Source of the DNA: Cyanobacteria bacterium auto_48_18
GTDB lineage: Bacteria > Cyanobacteriota > Vampirovibrionia > Obscuribacterales > Obscuribacteraceae
DNA: 64,000 nucleotides
Assembly: GCA_036170915.1 (NCBI GenBank)
Contig: JAVHQC010000033.1
Span: forward strand, 192,001 to 256,000
Reading direction: 5' to 3'
In this document: in pieces, positions 17,040-25,928 of the stretch
Layout of the letters: each line of letters starts with the position of its first letter
How positions within the stretch are numbered: position 1 is the first letter of the stretch
The notes under the pieces: model-generated
The model's database searches: none
The model's input: the letters and a program-made list of their open reading frames with translations, nothing else
Told to the model about the DNA's origin: nothing
Translations under genes and position numbers: made by a program

Positions 17040-18683
17040 TTAGAGCGGTTTTACTGCTCTTTTTACGATTTTTTTGTTTTGATTGCGCACACCAGTCGGA
17101 ATTTTTCTGGCGGACAATCTATTTTTATGTGTGTTGCCGAAACGCGCATCACTTGCATGATTTGAATTTTGGCTTTGTAGACTTGTGTTCTTAAGGTCAC
17201 GGCCCAGCACCGTAAACCACGGCAATAGTGCCGAATCCGTAAAGTGATAAGAGGCTCTTGGTGGCAATACCAGTTTGTCGTTTTTTGCCAGAGTCTCGTA
17301 GACTGAAGGGCAAGCTCTCTCAACTTTGGTGCCTTCGTCATAGTGTGTTTTGACTACAGCCTGTGATAAATATTCAGGTAAGAACACCACAGGTAGTTCT
17401 TTGATGTAATCGTATTCGGCCAGTAGTGGGCGAATATATGTATTGAGTTTTGAGCGATATTCAGGCCGTGAAAGGAAATAAGCCAGATGACTGAGTGCCT
17501 CATGGCGCGATACGGCACTTTCTTTTGATTGTTCAAAATATTCAGCAGTGGCTTTTTGAAACTCTGGGCAATCCATTGACCAGTCCAGATTTTTGTCTGC
17601 TGTGTGTTTGAGAATATTCCAAATATAAGAAGCGGTGACGCGGTGATTGCCATCGGCCACCAGACCCATTTCGTTAATTACAACTGGTGCAAAGCCACGG
17701 CCCACGAGGTTAATCACTTCATCAAACAAACGCTCGCGCACACAAAACTCTGTTGCTCCCAATCTCGCTAATGGATAGAGCGCCACTTCTACGAAGTTAC
17801 CGGCGAATACTCCAGCAGCAAAAGTTTGCAAACCAGCACTCATAGTTTTGTAGCTAATCAGTGCTTCCAATTCAAAAAGCACATATAAGAGATTGTTGTC
17901 AGTGATGCGATTTTGATTTTCTTGCAAAAATGCTAGTGCCTGTGCCAGCGGCTCGGCGTCTTGCCGGGCGTCAAAAATAATTGAATGGTGCCAGGCTGTA
18001 CTTATGGTAAGCAGCATTGCTACAGAATCTGCCTGGGCAAAATTGTTGTGCTGCGCTGTTTGATAAAGTCCTTGCACATGCTTTTTGAAAGCTGATAGCG
18101 CTCCTACCGCTCTATCGGCGTCGAGTTTAGCTTCTTCACCAACACCTGTGACCACTGTCTGATGCAAGAATGAAAGTGACGGAGCGCTAATGCCTGTCCA
18201 GGCCCAAGGTTCTTTCACTTCGGCAGGGCTGGTGAAAAGATCGGTGTCAACTGTTTGCGCAATGGCGTTGCCGATTCTTTCTAACCGAGCAATAGTTTTG
18301 CTGTCGAAAGAAACTAAATTTTGGAATTGGTCAAACAATAAATTACCGCGATTAACTTCGTGGCAGTGTGGTCCACCAGGACCCGGAATGATGGGGCCAG
18401 GAAAATAACTGGGCACATTCTGGCTGCTCACGTCGCTGGTACCGGCTGCCAGTGCGGCCTCCAGGCGTAATTGATAAAACAGTGCTGAAGCTTGAGTTTC
18501 GCCACCAAGATTTTCTTTTTCGGCGTGACTGATTTCATTGCCGAAATTGAGCTGGCTGGTGGAGACAACTTGAATTTTCTTTTGCGCTTGATAGGCAGTG
18601 AGCGATGGCATCGAACAGGCAGGCGCAAATTTAGATACGCCCTGGTTCTGACCGGCAAAAATTGAAAATGTCAGAGCTTCCAC
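17040..18683 (-). CDS. Protein with a ParB/sulfiredoxin-like domain (possible SbnI/SerK-like small-molecule kinase)
   Basis: LGATE...GFAPVVINEMGLVADGNHRVTA is the ParB/Srx core, with a C-terminal LVLPPRASYH. TAGTG overlap with the upstream gene. Confidence 0.55.
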   Translation of the reverse strand: MEALTFSIFAGQNQGVSKFAPACSMPSLTAYQAQKKIQVVSTSQLNFGNEISHAEKENLGGETQASALFYQLRLEAALAAGTSDVSSQNVPSYFPGPIIPGPGGPHCHEVNRGNLLFDQFQNLVSFDSKTIARLERIGNAIAQTVDTDLFTSPAEVKEPWAWTGISAPSLSFLHQTVVTGVGEEAKLDADRAVGALSAFKKHVQGLYQTAQHNNFAQADSVAMLLTISTAWHHSIIFDARQDAEPLAQALAFLQENQNRITDNNLLYVLFELEALISYKTMSAGLQTFAAGVFAGNFVEVALYPLARLGATEFCVRERLFDEVINLVGRGFAPVVINEMGLVADGNHRVTASYIWNILKHTADKNLDWSMDCPEFQKATAEYFEQSKESAVSRHEALSHLAYFLSRPEYRSKLNTYIRPLLAEYDYIKELPVVFLPEYLSQAVVKTHYDEGTKVERACPSVYETLAKNDKLVLPPRASYHFTDSALLPWFTVLGRDLKNTSLQSQNSNHASDARFGNTHKNRLSARKIPTGVRNQNKKIVKRAVKPL

Positions 18684-19567
18684 TATTTTGCTCCTGCGGC
18701 AGTGAGTTGCTGAGCTTTGCGCTCCGGATAGACTTCCACCAGACGCTCTTGCCAGTAAGCCTGGCGCTCAATCAGTGCTTGGGTTGGTTTTTGTTGATTG
18801 AAGAATTGAGTCAGCAAATCGTATGTGGTTAAACCTGGCTCAAGAGCAAAGAGATCGTATTTGCAGAAGCTCGCCAAAAGAATTTCTTCTGCTGCTTTTA
18901 AGTTGCCGGTTTGCATAGTTGCGTTTGCTTCTTGCAATAAACTCTGGCGCAGGCTTTCGGTCAGGTCAGGTAGTTTGTGCAGCGCATCTTGATCAAGAAA
19001 TTGATTGTCTAAAAGACTCTGCAATTTTTCTTCTACATAGCAGTCGAGCATTAAATGAATGCGCGGTGCAGGGCCAAAATTGCAAGCACTGTGAATTGTC
19101 GATTTGGGATCAAGTTTCCACAAATAACCTTTTTTGAAATGCACATTCAAACCAGGGCTGGTGATGAACGCTTGGTCATTGGTTATGAGCGGCATGTGCA
19201 GGCGATAACGTGGCACGTCTTCGAGATAAACAAAGTCACGATGCTCATGCAAAAATGTGCCCGGGTCTAAGCGCAAAAGCCTTGAGCCCATGATCTTAAA
19301 GCCGCTGTCTTGCAAGAATTTTTGCAATGACGGTAGCTGCTGTAGAAGCGGAGTGGCAGCAGGGCTTGGACAATCGTGATAATCAAAATTGGTCTGTTCG
19401 CCGGTGTGATTCAAAAGTGTGGCGATTTTCAAACCGTCAGATCCATATTCCGGATAAGGCTCTTGCCAGATTGACTCCAACTGCAGAGCCGGAGCCATAA
19501 GCTCGGCGACAATGGCATCGAGTATGGCGGCAGGAATTTCTTTTAGTTGAGCGATGTAGGAAAGAAT
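18683..19567 (-). CDS. Aspartyl/asparaginyl beta-hydroxylase-family Fe(II)/2-oxoglutarate dioxygenase
   Basis: RLLRLDPGTFLHEHRD (HxD), RLHMPLITN, HSACN, RIHLMLD. The frame stays open upstream of ATG 19498 to an ATT at 19567 preceded by AGGAG. Confidence 0.85.
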   Translation of the reverse strand: MLSYIAQLKEIPAAILDAIVAELMAPALQLESIWQEPYPEYGSDGLKIATLLNHTGEQTNFDYHDCPSPAATPLLQQLPSLQKFLQDSGFKIMGSRLLRLDPGTFLHEHRDFVYLEDVPRYRLHMPLITNDQAFITSPGLNVHFKKGYLWKLDPKSTIHSACNFGPAPRIHLMLDCYVEEKLQSLLDNQFLDQDALHKLPDLTESLRQSLLQEANATMQTGNLKAAEEILLASFCKYDLFALEPGLTTYDLLTQFFNQQKPTQALIERQAYWQERLVEVYPERKAQQLTAAGAK

Positions 19568-19609
19568 GGTTCTGCTCCTGGCTTGTATATACGGATGGCA
19601 ATCATATCT

Positions 19610-19636
19610 GAAAATGGTTTCCGTTTTCCGATTATG
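19610..19636 (-). promoter_or_regulatory. Putative Fur/Zur-type operator (19610-19628) directly downstream of a -10-like CATAAT (19631-19636)
   Basis: GAAAATGG-TTT-CCGTTTTC is a 19-bp inverted repeat with one mismatch, resembling Fur/Zur boxes (TGAAAATnATTTTCA type). It lies 43 nt upstream of the first gene of an operon that encodes a Fur-family protein. Confidence 0.55.
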
Positions 19637-19747
19637 AGAGCGGTTACATGCGAATCATTGCGTTAGCGTTTCATATCTTTACTTCTGCATTGCCACACTG
19701 GGTGGGGCAATTACTTCAGCACGGCTCTGTCACTGGCATCAGGCTTA

Positions 19748-19764
19748 TTGAGAACGAGTTGCAA
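19748..19764. promoter_or_regulatory. Possible second, weaker Fur-family box
   Basis: TTGAGAACGAGTTGCAA resembles the TGAGAATnATTnTCA 7-1-7 pattern, but is degenerate. Confidence 0.3.
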
Positions 19765-20166
19765 CCGACCTGAGGTCAGTTTAGTGCCAAAGCTCACAAT
19801 CAGCATCTGTTTTTCGAATTATGTAACGAGCATGAGCGGCCTCTCATAGAGCATCACCAGTGGTGCTAAATTAAAACCTGTGGTGCTTTTGCTCACTTTG
19901 CATTTTCGCAAGCCCCGCTGATTAGCGCGATATAAGCTGAGCGTCGCGATTTTCAGATGATATCTATTTCAGCAGAATCGCAAACCACCGTTGGCTTTTC
20001 CGCTCTATTTCGGCAGAGGCTCTTGCCACTGGCTATGGTGTCGGATGACAATAGCGCTCTTGCATAACCTTTACAGCCGGGCATTCGCAATCTTTCAGAT
20101 TTTAAGCTGACGAACTTGTAAGAGTGATCTAGAATCTATTTAAGGGGTACTAAAAAGGAAGTTGTC

Positions 20167-21057
20167 GTGGACAGCGGTCAGTCTCGTGCATATTTTGAAA
20201 ATAAGACGGAAAACAGTCGCCTCGAAAGTGGCGTCTCAGACAAAGGCGATAAGAATCTAAAAAGCAAAGTGAAAAAGAAGAGTGTGGTCTTAATGGATCG
20301 CGACATCAACTCTCTTCTTGAGCTTTATTTGCACCGCACGATCTCTTCCAGTCAGCTGGCCCGGCTGTGTTTTCCAGACATCAGCTATGAGACTGCCCGC
20401 AAACGTTTGCGCCGCCTGCAGCAAGCTGGCTTTACTGGTGCCTCATCGTCAGGCCGCATGGAAGGGCGTGGACGGCCTGAGTTGATTTATTTTCTCACCG
20501 CTTCCGGTGCCAGAGCCCTCGAGCAGAGCCGGGGTATTTCCTGGGAAACTATTCCCACCGGCCCACCTCACACTTATCACAAAGAACACTTTTTGCGTCT
20601 TGTGGACGTACGATTGGCCATGGAAGACGCTGAGTTAGCCGGTCTTATTACTGGTCTTGAATTTACTACCGGCCGCGAATTCTGGAAAGAGTTGGCTTCT
20701 GATCTTACTGAAGCGGAAGAGCAGGCCGACGCCACTATCTCTTTCAGTTATCCTGGTTTGGAGCCAGTGCGTGTTTTGTTAGAAATCGACACTGGCAATT
20801 TCCGTCAGACACGGCACTGGGAGCCAAAAATCAAAGCCTTTCTCAAAACCGGTTATCCGATTTGGGTGGTTACCGGCAGCGCGCCGCGCATTTTTACTTT
20901 GCGCAAATGGACTCAACCATTGCTTGAAGAAGCTCGTGTAGGACCAGGCAAATGCGTTTTTGCTGTCTACACCGAAATTGTAGAAAAAGGAATTTTCAAC
21001 GCCCAGTGGCAGCGCACAGATGGCTCGTACACAGACTTACAGCCCAAGATGATCTAA
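20167..21057 (+). CDS. Replication-relaxation (Replic_Relax)-like protein: wHTH plus PD-(D/E)xK-like nuclease domain
   Basis: RD..LL.LYLHRTISSSQLARL.FP...ARKRLRRL, YFLTASGA, H.L...DV, ADA, and LEIDTG match the pattern of this family. Confidence 0.65.
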   Translation: MDSGQSRAYFENKTENSRLESGVSDKGDKNLKSKVKKKSVVLMDRDINSLLELYLHRTISSSQLARLCFPDISYETARKRLRRLQQAGFTGASSSGRMEGRGRPELIYFLTASGARALEQSRGISWETIPTGPPHTYHKEHFLRLVDVRLAMEDAELAGLITGLEFTTGREFWKELASDLTEAEEQADATISFSYPGLEPVRVLLEIDTGNFRQTRHWEPKIKAFLKTGYPIWVVTGSAPRIFTLRKWTQPLLEEARVGPGKCVFAVYTEIVEKGIFNAQWQRTDGSYTDLQPKMI

Positions 21058-22082
21058 GGCGCAAGCTCTTCGGTCTGAATGTTGAGCAACTCTTCCGCAA
21101 AGTGACAGGCAGACTGGTGGCCAGGTGTAATTTCGCGCAAGGGCGGCGTGTCGATTTTGCAAATGTCGCGTGCCATCGGGCAGCGGGTGTGGAAAGCACA
21201 ACCGGGGGGCGGATTTGCCGGGCTAGGCAAGTCGCCTTGCAGCAAGACGCGATGACTCCTGTCGTAATTAGGATCTGGTACTGGAGCTGCTGAGATCAGT
21301 GCCTTTGCGTAAGGATGCAGAGGTTGCTTGTAGACTTCGCCGCAAGGTCCTATCTCAACAATGCGACCAAGATACATGACGGCAATGCGATCTGAAATGT
21401 AGCGCACCACATCGAGATTGTGGGCGATGAAAAGATAAGTGAGGTTGAACTCTTTTTTTAAATCAAGCAGTAAATTGAGAATTTGCGCTTGCACACTCAC
21501 ATCAAGTGCTGACACCGGTTCGTCGGCCACGATTAGTCGAGGTCGCAAAGCCAGTGCTCGAGCAATACCAATGCGCTGACGCTGGCCGCCGGAAAACTCG
21601 TGCGGATAACGATCAAGCATTTCTTTAGGCAGACCGACGAGTTCAATTAAGCGCGTCACCTCGGCTTTAATATTGGAGGCGCCGTCAGTACTTGTTCCCT
21701 TCGACATACCGTGAACTTCTAAAGGCTCGGCCAGTATCTGCGCGATGGTCATACGCGGATCAAGGCTGGCATAAGGATTCTGAAAAACAATTTGCATCTG
21801 CTTGCGCAAAGGTTTCATGGCCCGGGAATCAAGAGCCATAATTTCCTGACCGTCAAATGATACTGAGCCCTGTGTGGCAGGCATCAATCGCAGCATTACT
21901 CGACCGAGAGTCGATTTGCCGCAACCAGATTCGCCCACTAGCCCTAACGTTTCACCTTCAATAATATCGAGATTGATGCCGTCAAGAGCCCTGACAGCAC
22001 CAACTTGTTTATTGAAAAAGCCTTTGCGAATGGGGAAATGCTTTTTGAGATCTTTGATTTGAACGAGAGTCTTGGCGGTCAT
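21054..22082 (-). CDS. oppF: Oligopeptide/dipeptide ABC transporter ATP-binding subunit
   Basis: GESGCGKST, YPHEFSGGQRQR, DEPVSALDVS, HPY motif, PPGCAFHTRCP. Confidence 0.9.
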   Translation of the reverse strand: MTAKTLVQIKDLKKHFPIRKGFFNKQVGAVRALDGINLDIIEGETLGLVGESGCGKSTLGRVMLRLMPATQGSVSFDGQEIMALDSRAMKPLRKQMQIVFQNPYASLDPRMTIAQILAEPLEVHGMSKGTSTDGASNIKAEVTRLIELVGLPKEMLDRYPHEFSGGQRQRIGIARALALRPRLIVADEPVSALDVSVQAQILNLLLDLKKEFNLTYLFIAHNLDVVRYISDRIAVMYLGRIVEIGPCGEVYKQPLHPYAKALISAAPVPDPNYDRSHRVLLQGDLPSPANPPPGCAFHTRCPMARDICKIDTPPLREITPGHQSACHFAEELLNIQTEELAP

Positions 22083-22092
22083 TTAGCCTTAT

Positions 22093-22548
22093 TTATGGAA
22101 TTTTGACATTGATGCGGTTTAAACGGTCTGACAATTTTGTCAGAAACTGCATGGCAAATGTCGAATTTCCCTGATTTTGCTTACCAGTTGCATCAGCTTG
22201 ATTGCTCTCGGCTACATAAACCCCTTTATGGCGCGAACGGACCAACTGGGAAGGGGTCATGCGCTGGTCAAGATTCCATTCTTCATAAATAGCCTGTTCA
22301 TTATAAGCATTGCGATTGTTGGCCGCTGCTTGTGAGGCTCGTCCTAAACTGGCCATAAGCTCCCGCTCTTGCAGGGCGCGCTCGGCTATAAGATTTGCAC
22401 TATTGTCGGACTGCGACGAAGCCGGCTTTGTATAACCGCCCCAGGGATTGCCATGAATGCGATACGGGCGTGGCTCTCTTAAAAAGACATACCAGAAGAC
22501 CGTATATAAGATGGCCATTTCGAACGCGATGATTGCATAGGCGAGCAT
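22093..22548 (-). CDS. Hypothetical protein with an N-terminal membrane anchor
   Basis: GGGAGG RBS before ATG 22548 and a hydrophobic N-terminus (MLAYAIIAFEMAILYTVFWYVF). Confidence 0.6.
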   Translation of the reverse strand: MLAYAIIAFEMAILYTVFWYVFLREPRPYRIHGNPWGGYTKPASSQSDNSANLIAERALQERELMASLGRASQAAANNRNAYNEQAIYEEWNLDQRMTPSQLVRSRHKGVYVAESNQADATGKQNQGNSTFAMQFLTKLSDRLNRINVKIP

Positions 22549-22937
22549 AATCGCCTCCCGGCTTGATAAGCCTTGAGCGGGGTACCTGGTTTGGTCAGTG
22601 TTTGGAAGAGAATGTCTTTTTTGAAAAAAGCTCGGTGACAAAAATATAGCTTTTGGTTACGCGCATTACTCAAAGGAGACAGCTGGTTCCATAGCCACCA
22701 TATGTCGCAACAAAGCTCTTTAGTGAGTAAGCTTTATTGTGCAAATATTCTAACCAAAGATGGGAGAAATACCATGACTTTTTAATAAATCTGCCGTTGT
22801 CAAGTGATTAATTGTAAAAAGCGCATAGTGTTTACTAGACGTCTTTTCGCGCCGAAAGCAGACTTAATTATGGTCAAAGGCGACAGGCTGGCTGCCAAGC
22901 GGCTACTGTACTCACTTTCTCTCCGAGCGGAGCAACA

Positions 22938-24164
22938 ATGCAGTCTAATAATGCGCTGTCAAATTCAGTAAAAGTTGCCGTGGTGGGTGCGGGTACCATG
23001 GGCTCGTCTATCGCCGTGGCCCTCCTGGGCAGCGGTTACAGCGTATTGCTCAAAGAGACAGAGCAAGCTTTCCTCGATAAAGGAGTGGCTAACATCGAGC
23101 GGTTGTTCGCCAGTCGTATGAAAAAAGGCTTGAGCGCTGAAGAGGTGGCCGAACAGAAAGAGCGATTGCAAACTACGCTGAACTACGAGCATTTTTCAGA
23201 AGTTGATTTCGTCATTGAAGCTGCTTCCGAAAATCTGGAAATCAAAAAACAAATATTCCAAGATCTTGATCAGTGGTGTCATGTTGATGCCATTCTCGCC
23301 ACCAACACTTCGAGCCTTTCAATTACGCAAATAGCTAACTTTGTGCGCCGCGCCGACAAAGTGGTTGGCCTGCACTTTTTCAACCCGGCTCACATCATGA
23401 AATTGGTTGAGGTCATTCCTGGTCTTGAAACGTCGCACGACACAGTGGCTCGCGCTCTTGAACTGGCCCGTTCTATGGGCAAACTGGCGGTGCGCGTTGA
23501 AGAATGTGCATCGTTCTTAGTCAACAGGCTGCTTGGTCGCTACATGAACGAGTCGCTTTTTCAGTTGCAGAATGGTGCCACTGTTGAAGAAATAGACAAA
23601 GTCGTATGCGACTATGTGATGCCCATCGGGCCCCTGGCACTGCGCGACATGAATGGTGCTGATATTGGTCTGGCTGTAGCCAAATACAATTATCAGGAGT
23701 ATGGTGCGCGTTTTGCCGTGCCCCCAATTTTAGAGGCCATGGTGCAAAACAATTTGCTTGGTCAAAAGACCATGGGCGGTTTTTACAGTTACGATGCCGA
23801 AACTCGCAAGCGCACCGTGGTCAATGCTGAATTTCTAAAGTTGCTCGAAGCAGTTAAAGCGAAAGAAGGGGAAAAATCGCAACCAAATTCTTTCAGCGCT
23901 GAGCGACTATTTTTGCCCATGATTAATGAAGCCTTTCTGGCAATGCAAGAGCGTATTGTTCAACCAGAAGATCTTGACGCGGCGCTCATGGCCGGGCTTG
24001 GAATGCGCAAAGGCCCGCTCAGTCTGGCTGCTGATATTGGTCTGGCCAACTGTTTGAAAATGTTGGACGAAGCAGCAGCACAGTCAAACGAACAAAAAGA
24101 ACGTTTTCGCCCAGCTCCTTTACTCAAGCGTTTTGTTTGGGCCGGGCGGTCGTCAGTGCTTTAA
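22938..24164 (+). CDS. 3-hydroxyacyl-CoA dehydrogenase (with duplicated C-terminal domain)
   Basis: VVGAGTMG, VIEAASENLEIK, ATNTSSLSI, GLHFFNPAHIMKLVE, FLVNRLL. Confidence 0.92.
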   Translation: MQSNNALSNSVKVAVVGAGTMGSSIAVALLGSGYSVLLKETEQAFLDKGVANIERLFASRMKKGLSAEEVAEQKERLQTTLNYEHFSEVDFVIEAASENLEIKKQIFQDLDQWCHVDAILATNTSSLSITQIANFVRRADKVVGLHFFNPAHIMKLVEVIPGLETSHDTVARALELARSMGKLAVRVEECASFLVNRLLGRYMNESLFQLQNGATVEEIDKVVCDYVMPIGPLALRDMNGADIGLAVAKYNYQEYGARFAVPPILEAMVQNNLLGQKTMGGFYSYDAETRKRTVVNAEFLKLLEAVKAKEGEKSQPNSFSAERLFLPMINEAFLAMQERIVQPEDLDAALMAGLGMRKGPLSLAADIGLANCLKMLDEAAAQSNEQKERFRPAPLLKRFVWAGRSSVL

Positions 24165-24497
24165 AACTCGATTTTAGAGTTCGTCTTTAAGATCGCCACC
24201 GAAGTGATAGCGGTCGTTAAACCAGATGGCAACAAATGCGCTCATAGCTGTCAGAGAAAGCCCTAATACATATTCCATTTGTTTGCCTCACTCCTGATTT
24301 GCAGTTTAGTTCTTATGCACTTAGTGACCTGCTCATGCTTCATTAGTGCCATTTTTCTGCTTAAGAGTGGGTTAAGAAGTACGGTGGGCATTGCTTAAAC
24401 TCGCTGGGGCAGCCTGACCCCAGCGGGAACAACGTCTCTTGGCCTATCGTCGTAACACACATGCGATAATGGCAGTAGTTCGAGTCCGAGGCCCGAT

Positions 24498-25928
24498 ATG
24501 CTCAAGTTAAACTCTCAAATTATTAAAACCCTTGCCCTGTCCCAGGCGTTGGTCTTGAGTTTAGCTGCGCCCGTGGCTCTCGCCGCCAGCAGCAAAGTTT
24601 CACCTGAGATCGTCAAGTTAGACAATATTGAAACAGTCATTTATGGTGCGCCTAAAACCAGTGAATCTACTGATAGCCGCCTTAAGAGTTTAGAAGTGAA
24701 ATTGTTTGGTGTTAGCCGCAAAGGCACGACAACTGAAAGGTTATCGGGCATTGAAAAGACACTTTCTTATGGCAGTGGAGCCGCCACCGGCTCGCTTTTG
24801 CCTCCTCTGGCGCCAACTTTGGACACAAGCAGTAGCTCTGCGGCAGAAGTGCCTCCTGCTTACATTGATGCAGCTGAACGCTTTGCTACATCTAATGGAT
24901 CATCTAATGGATCATCTAATGGCTCTTCTAATGGCTCATTTAATTCATCGGGCAGTTACAGTGTCGACTCTTCCGGCGCTCTGGCCGAAGCCATGCAGCT
25001 TTATCAAGAAGGCAAAATACCTGAAGCCGAAAGCGCTTTTCATGGCATAGTCTCCAAAGATCCAAGCAATGGAGACGCATACTATAATTTGGCCGTCATT
25101 GCTGAAGGCAAAGGCGACTTCAATGGTGCACTTTCGTACTATCGCAGCGCCCTTAATCTCAACCCTCAAGACACTGATTTGCAAAGCGCTGTTGCCAGCG
25201 TGCAGAACAAATTGCGTCCAGCTCAAGCTAATCAAGTTATGTCCAGTGCACCAGCTGCAGTGGCGCAGGGCCCTCAGGACGCAGCCCGCAAGCAGCAACT
25301 TAAGAATGCAGTGGCATCAGCTTCTACTGATTACAAAGCCGGCCGATACGACTCTGCTGTGTCTAAACTAAATAATGTCGCTTCGCAAGTACCAGACGAC
25401 GCCGATGTGCAATTCGCTCTGGCTCAAGCATTTCGCGCCAAAGGTGATCTCAACAATGCTCGTAGCCATATGGCCAGAGCTTCTGCACTTAATCCTGCCA
25501 GCACCACTTTTGGTGGCGCTCTAAATGATATTGATCGCGCTATTGCTTCTAAAGGCACCGCGTCTTCCGGGTCCAGTGGATCTTTTCCTCAGTCGAGCCC
25601 CGGACTATCTCCTGCTGATACTTTCGCTTCATCAAATTCGAACCCTGCACTAGCTGGCCAACCTGAAGGTCAGATTACTCCCTTTGCCGGCAGCAAGGCG
25701 GGTAACCTGAACAGTGGCGGTGGTGGTCTCAATGGTGTTGCATACAGTGCTCGTTCGCAGAGCAGCCGATTGAAAAAAGCTGCCACCTATGGTCTGGCTG
25801 GCGCCGCTGCTGGTGCGCTTTCTGGAGCTTTGTTTAATTCAGGTGGCTCGCGTATGGGCAGTGCTAAAAATTCAGCTTTGCGTGGTGCTGTGCTAGGTGC
25901 CGTCTTTGGCTTTGCTACCGGTAGATGA
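24498..25928 (+). CDS. Secreted tetratricopeptide repeat protein
   Basis: Signal peptide, TPR motifs (DAYYNLAVIAEGKGDFNGALSYYRSALNLNP) and a glycine-zipper-like C-terminus. Confidence 0.75.
   Translation: MLKLNSQIIKTLALSQALVLSLAAPVALAASSKVSPEIVKLDNIETVIYGAPKTSESTDSRLKSLEVKLFGVSRKGTTTERLSGIEKTLSYGSGAATGSLLPPLAPTLDTSSSSAAEVPPAYIDAAERFATSNGSSNGSSNGSSNGSFNSSGSYSVDSSGALAEAMQLYQEGKIPEAESAFHGIVSKDPSNGDAYYNLAVIAEGKGDFNGALSYYRSALNLNPQDTDLQSAVASVQNKLRPAQANQVMSSAPAAVAQGPQDAARKQQLKNAVASASTDYKAGRYDSAVSKLNNVASQVPDDADVQFALAQAFRAKGDLNNARSHMARASALNPASTTFGGALNDIDRAIASKGTASSGSSGSFPQSSPGLSPADTFASSNSNPALAGQPEGQITPFAGSKAGNLNSGGGGLNGVAYSARSQSSRLKKAATYGLAGAAAGALSGALFNSGGSRMGSAKNSALRGAVLGAVFGFATGR
24891..24938 (+). 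repeat. 12-bp tandem repeat x4 encoding SNGS
   Basis: tctaatggatca tctaatggatca tctaatggctct tctaatggctca. Confidence 0.85.

Noticed and set aside
19568..19700. Cobalamin riboswitch upstream of the cluster (minus strand AAGCCAGGAG resembles the B12 box)
   Set aside because: The other conserved elements (GGGAA, GCCACTG, correctly placed stems) are missing, and the AGGAG is better explained as the RBS.
19648..19773. 41-aa plus-strand ORF (MRIIALAFHIF...) as a RiPP precursor
   Set aside because: It has no clear RBS or leader/core pattern, lies on the opposite strand, and overlaps the putative promoter and operator region.
19850..19890. GTGGTGCT direct repeats and a CACCA-G-TGGTG inverted repeat as oriT or att site
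   Set aside because: Too short to distinguish from chance, and no matching att copy was found in the window.
24891..24938. Short tandem repeats as a CRISPR array
   Set aside because: They are spacer-less 12-bp in-frame coding repeats, and no cas genes are present.
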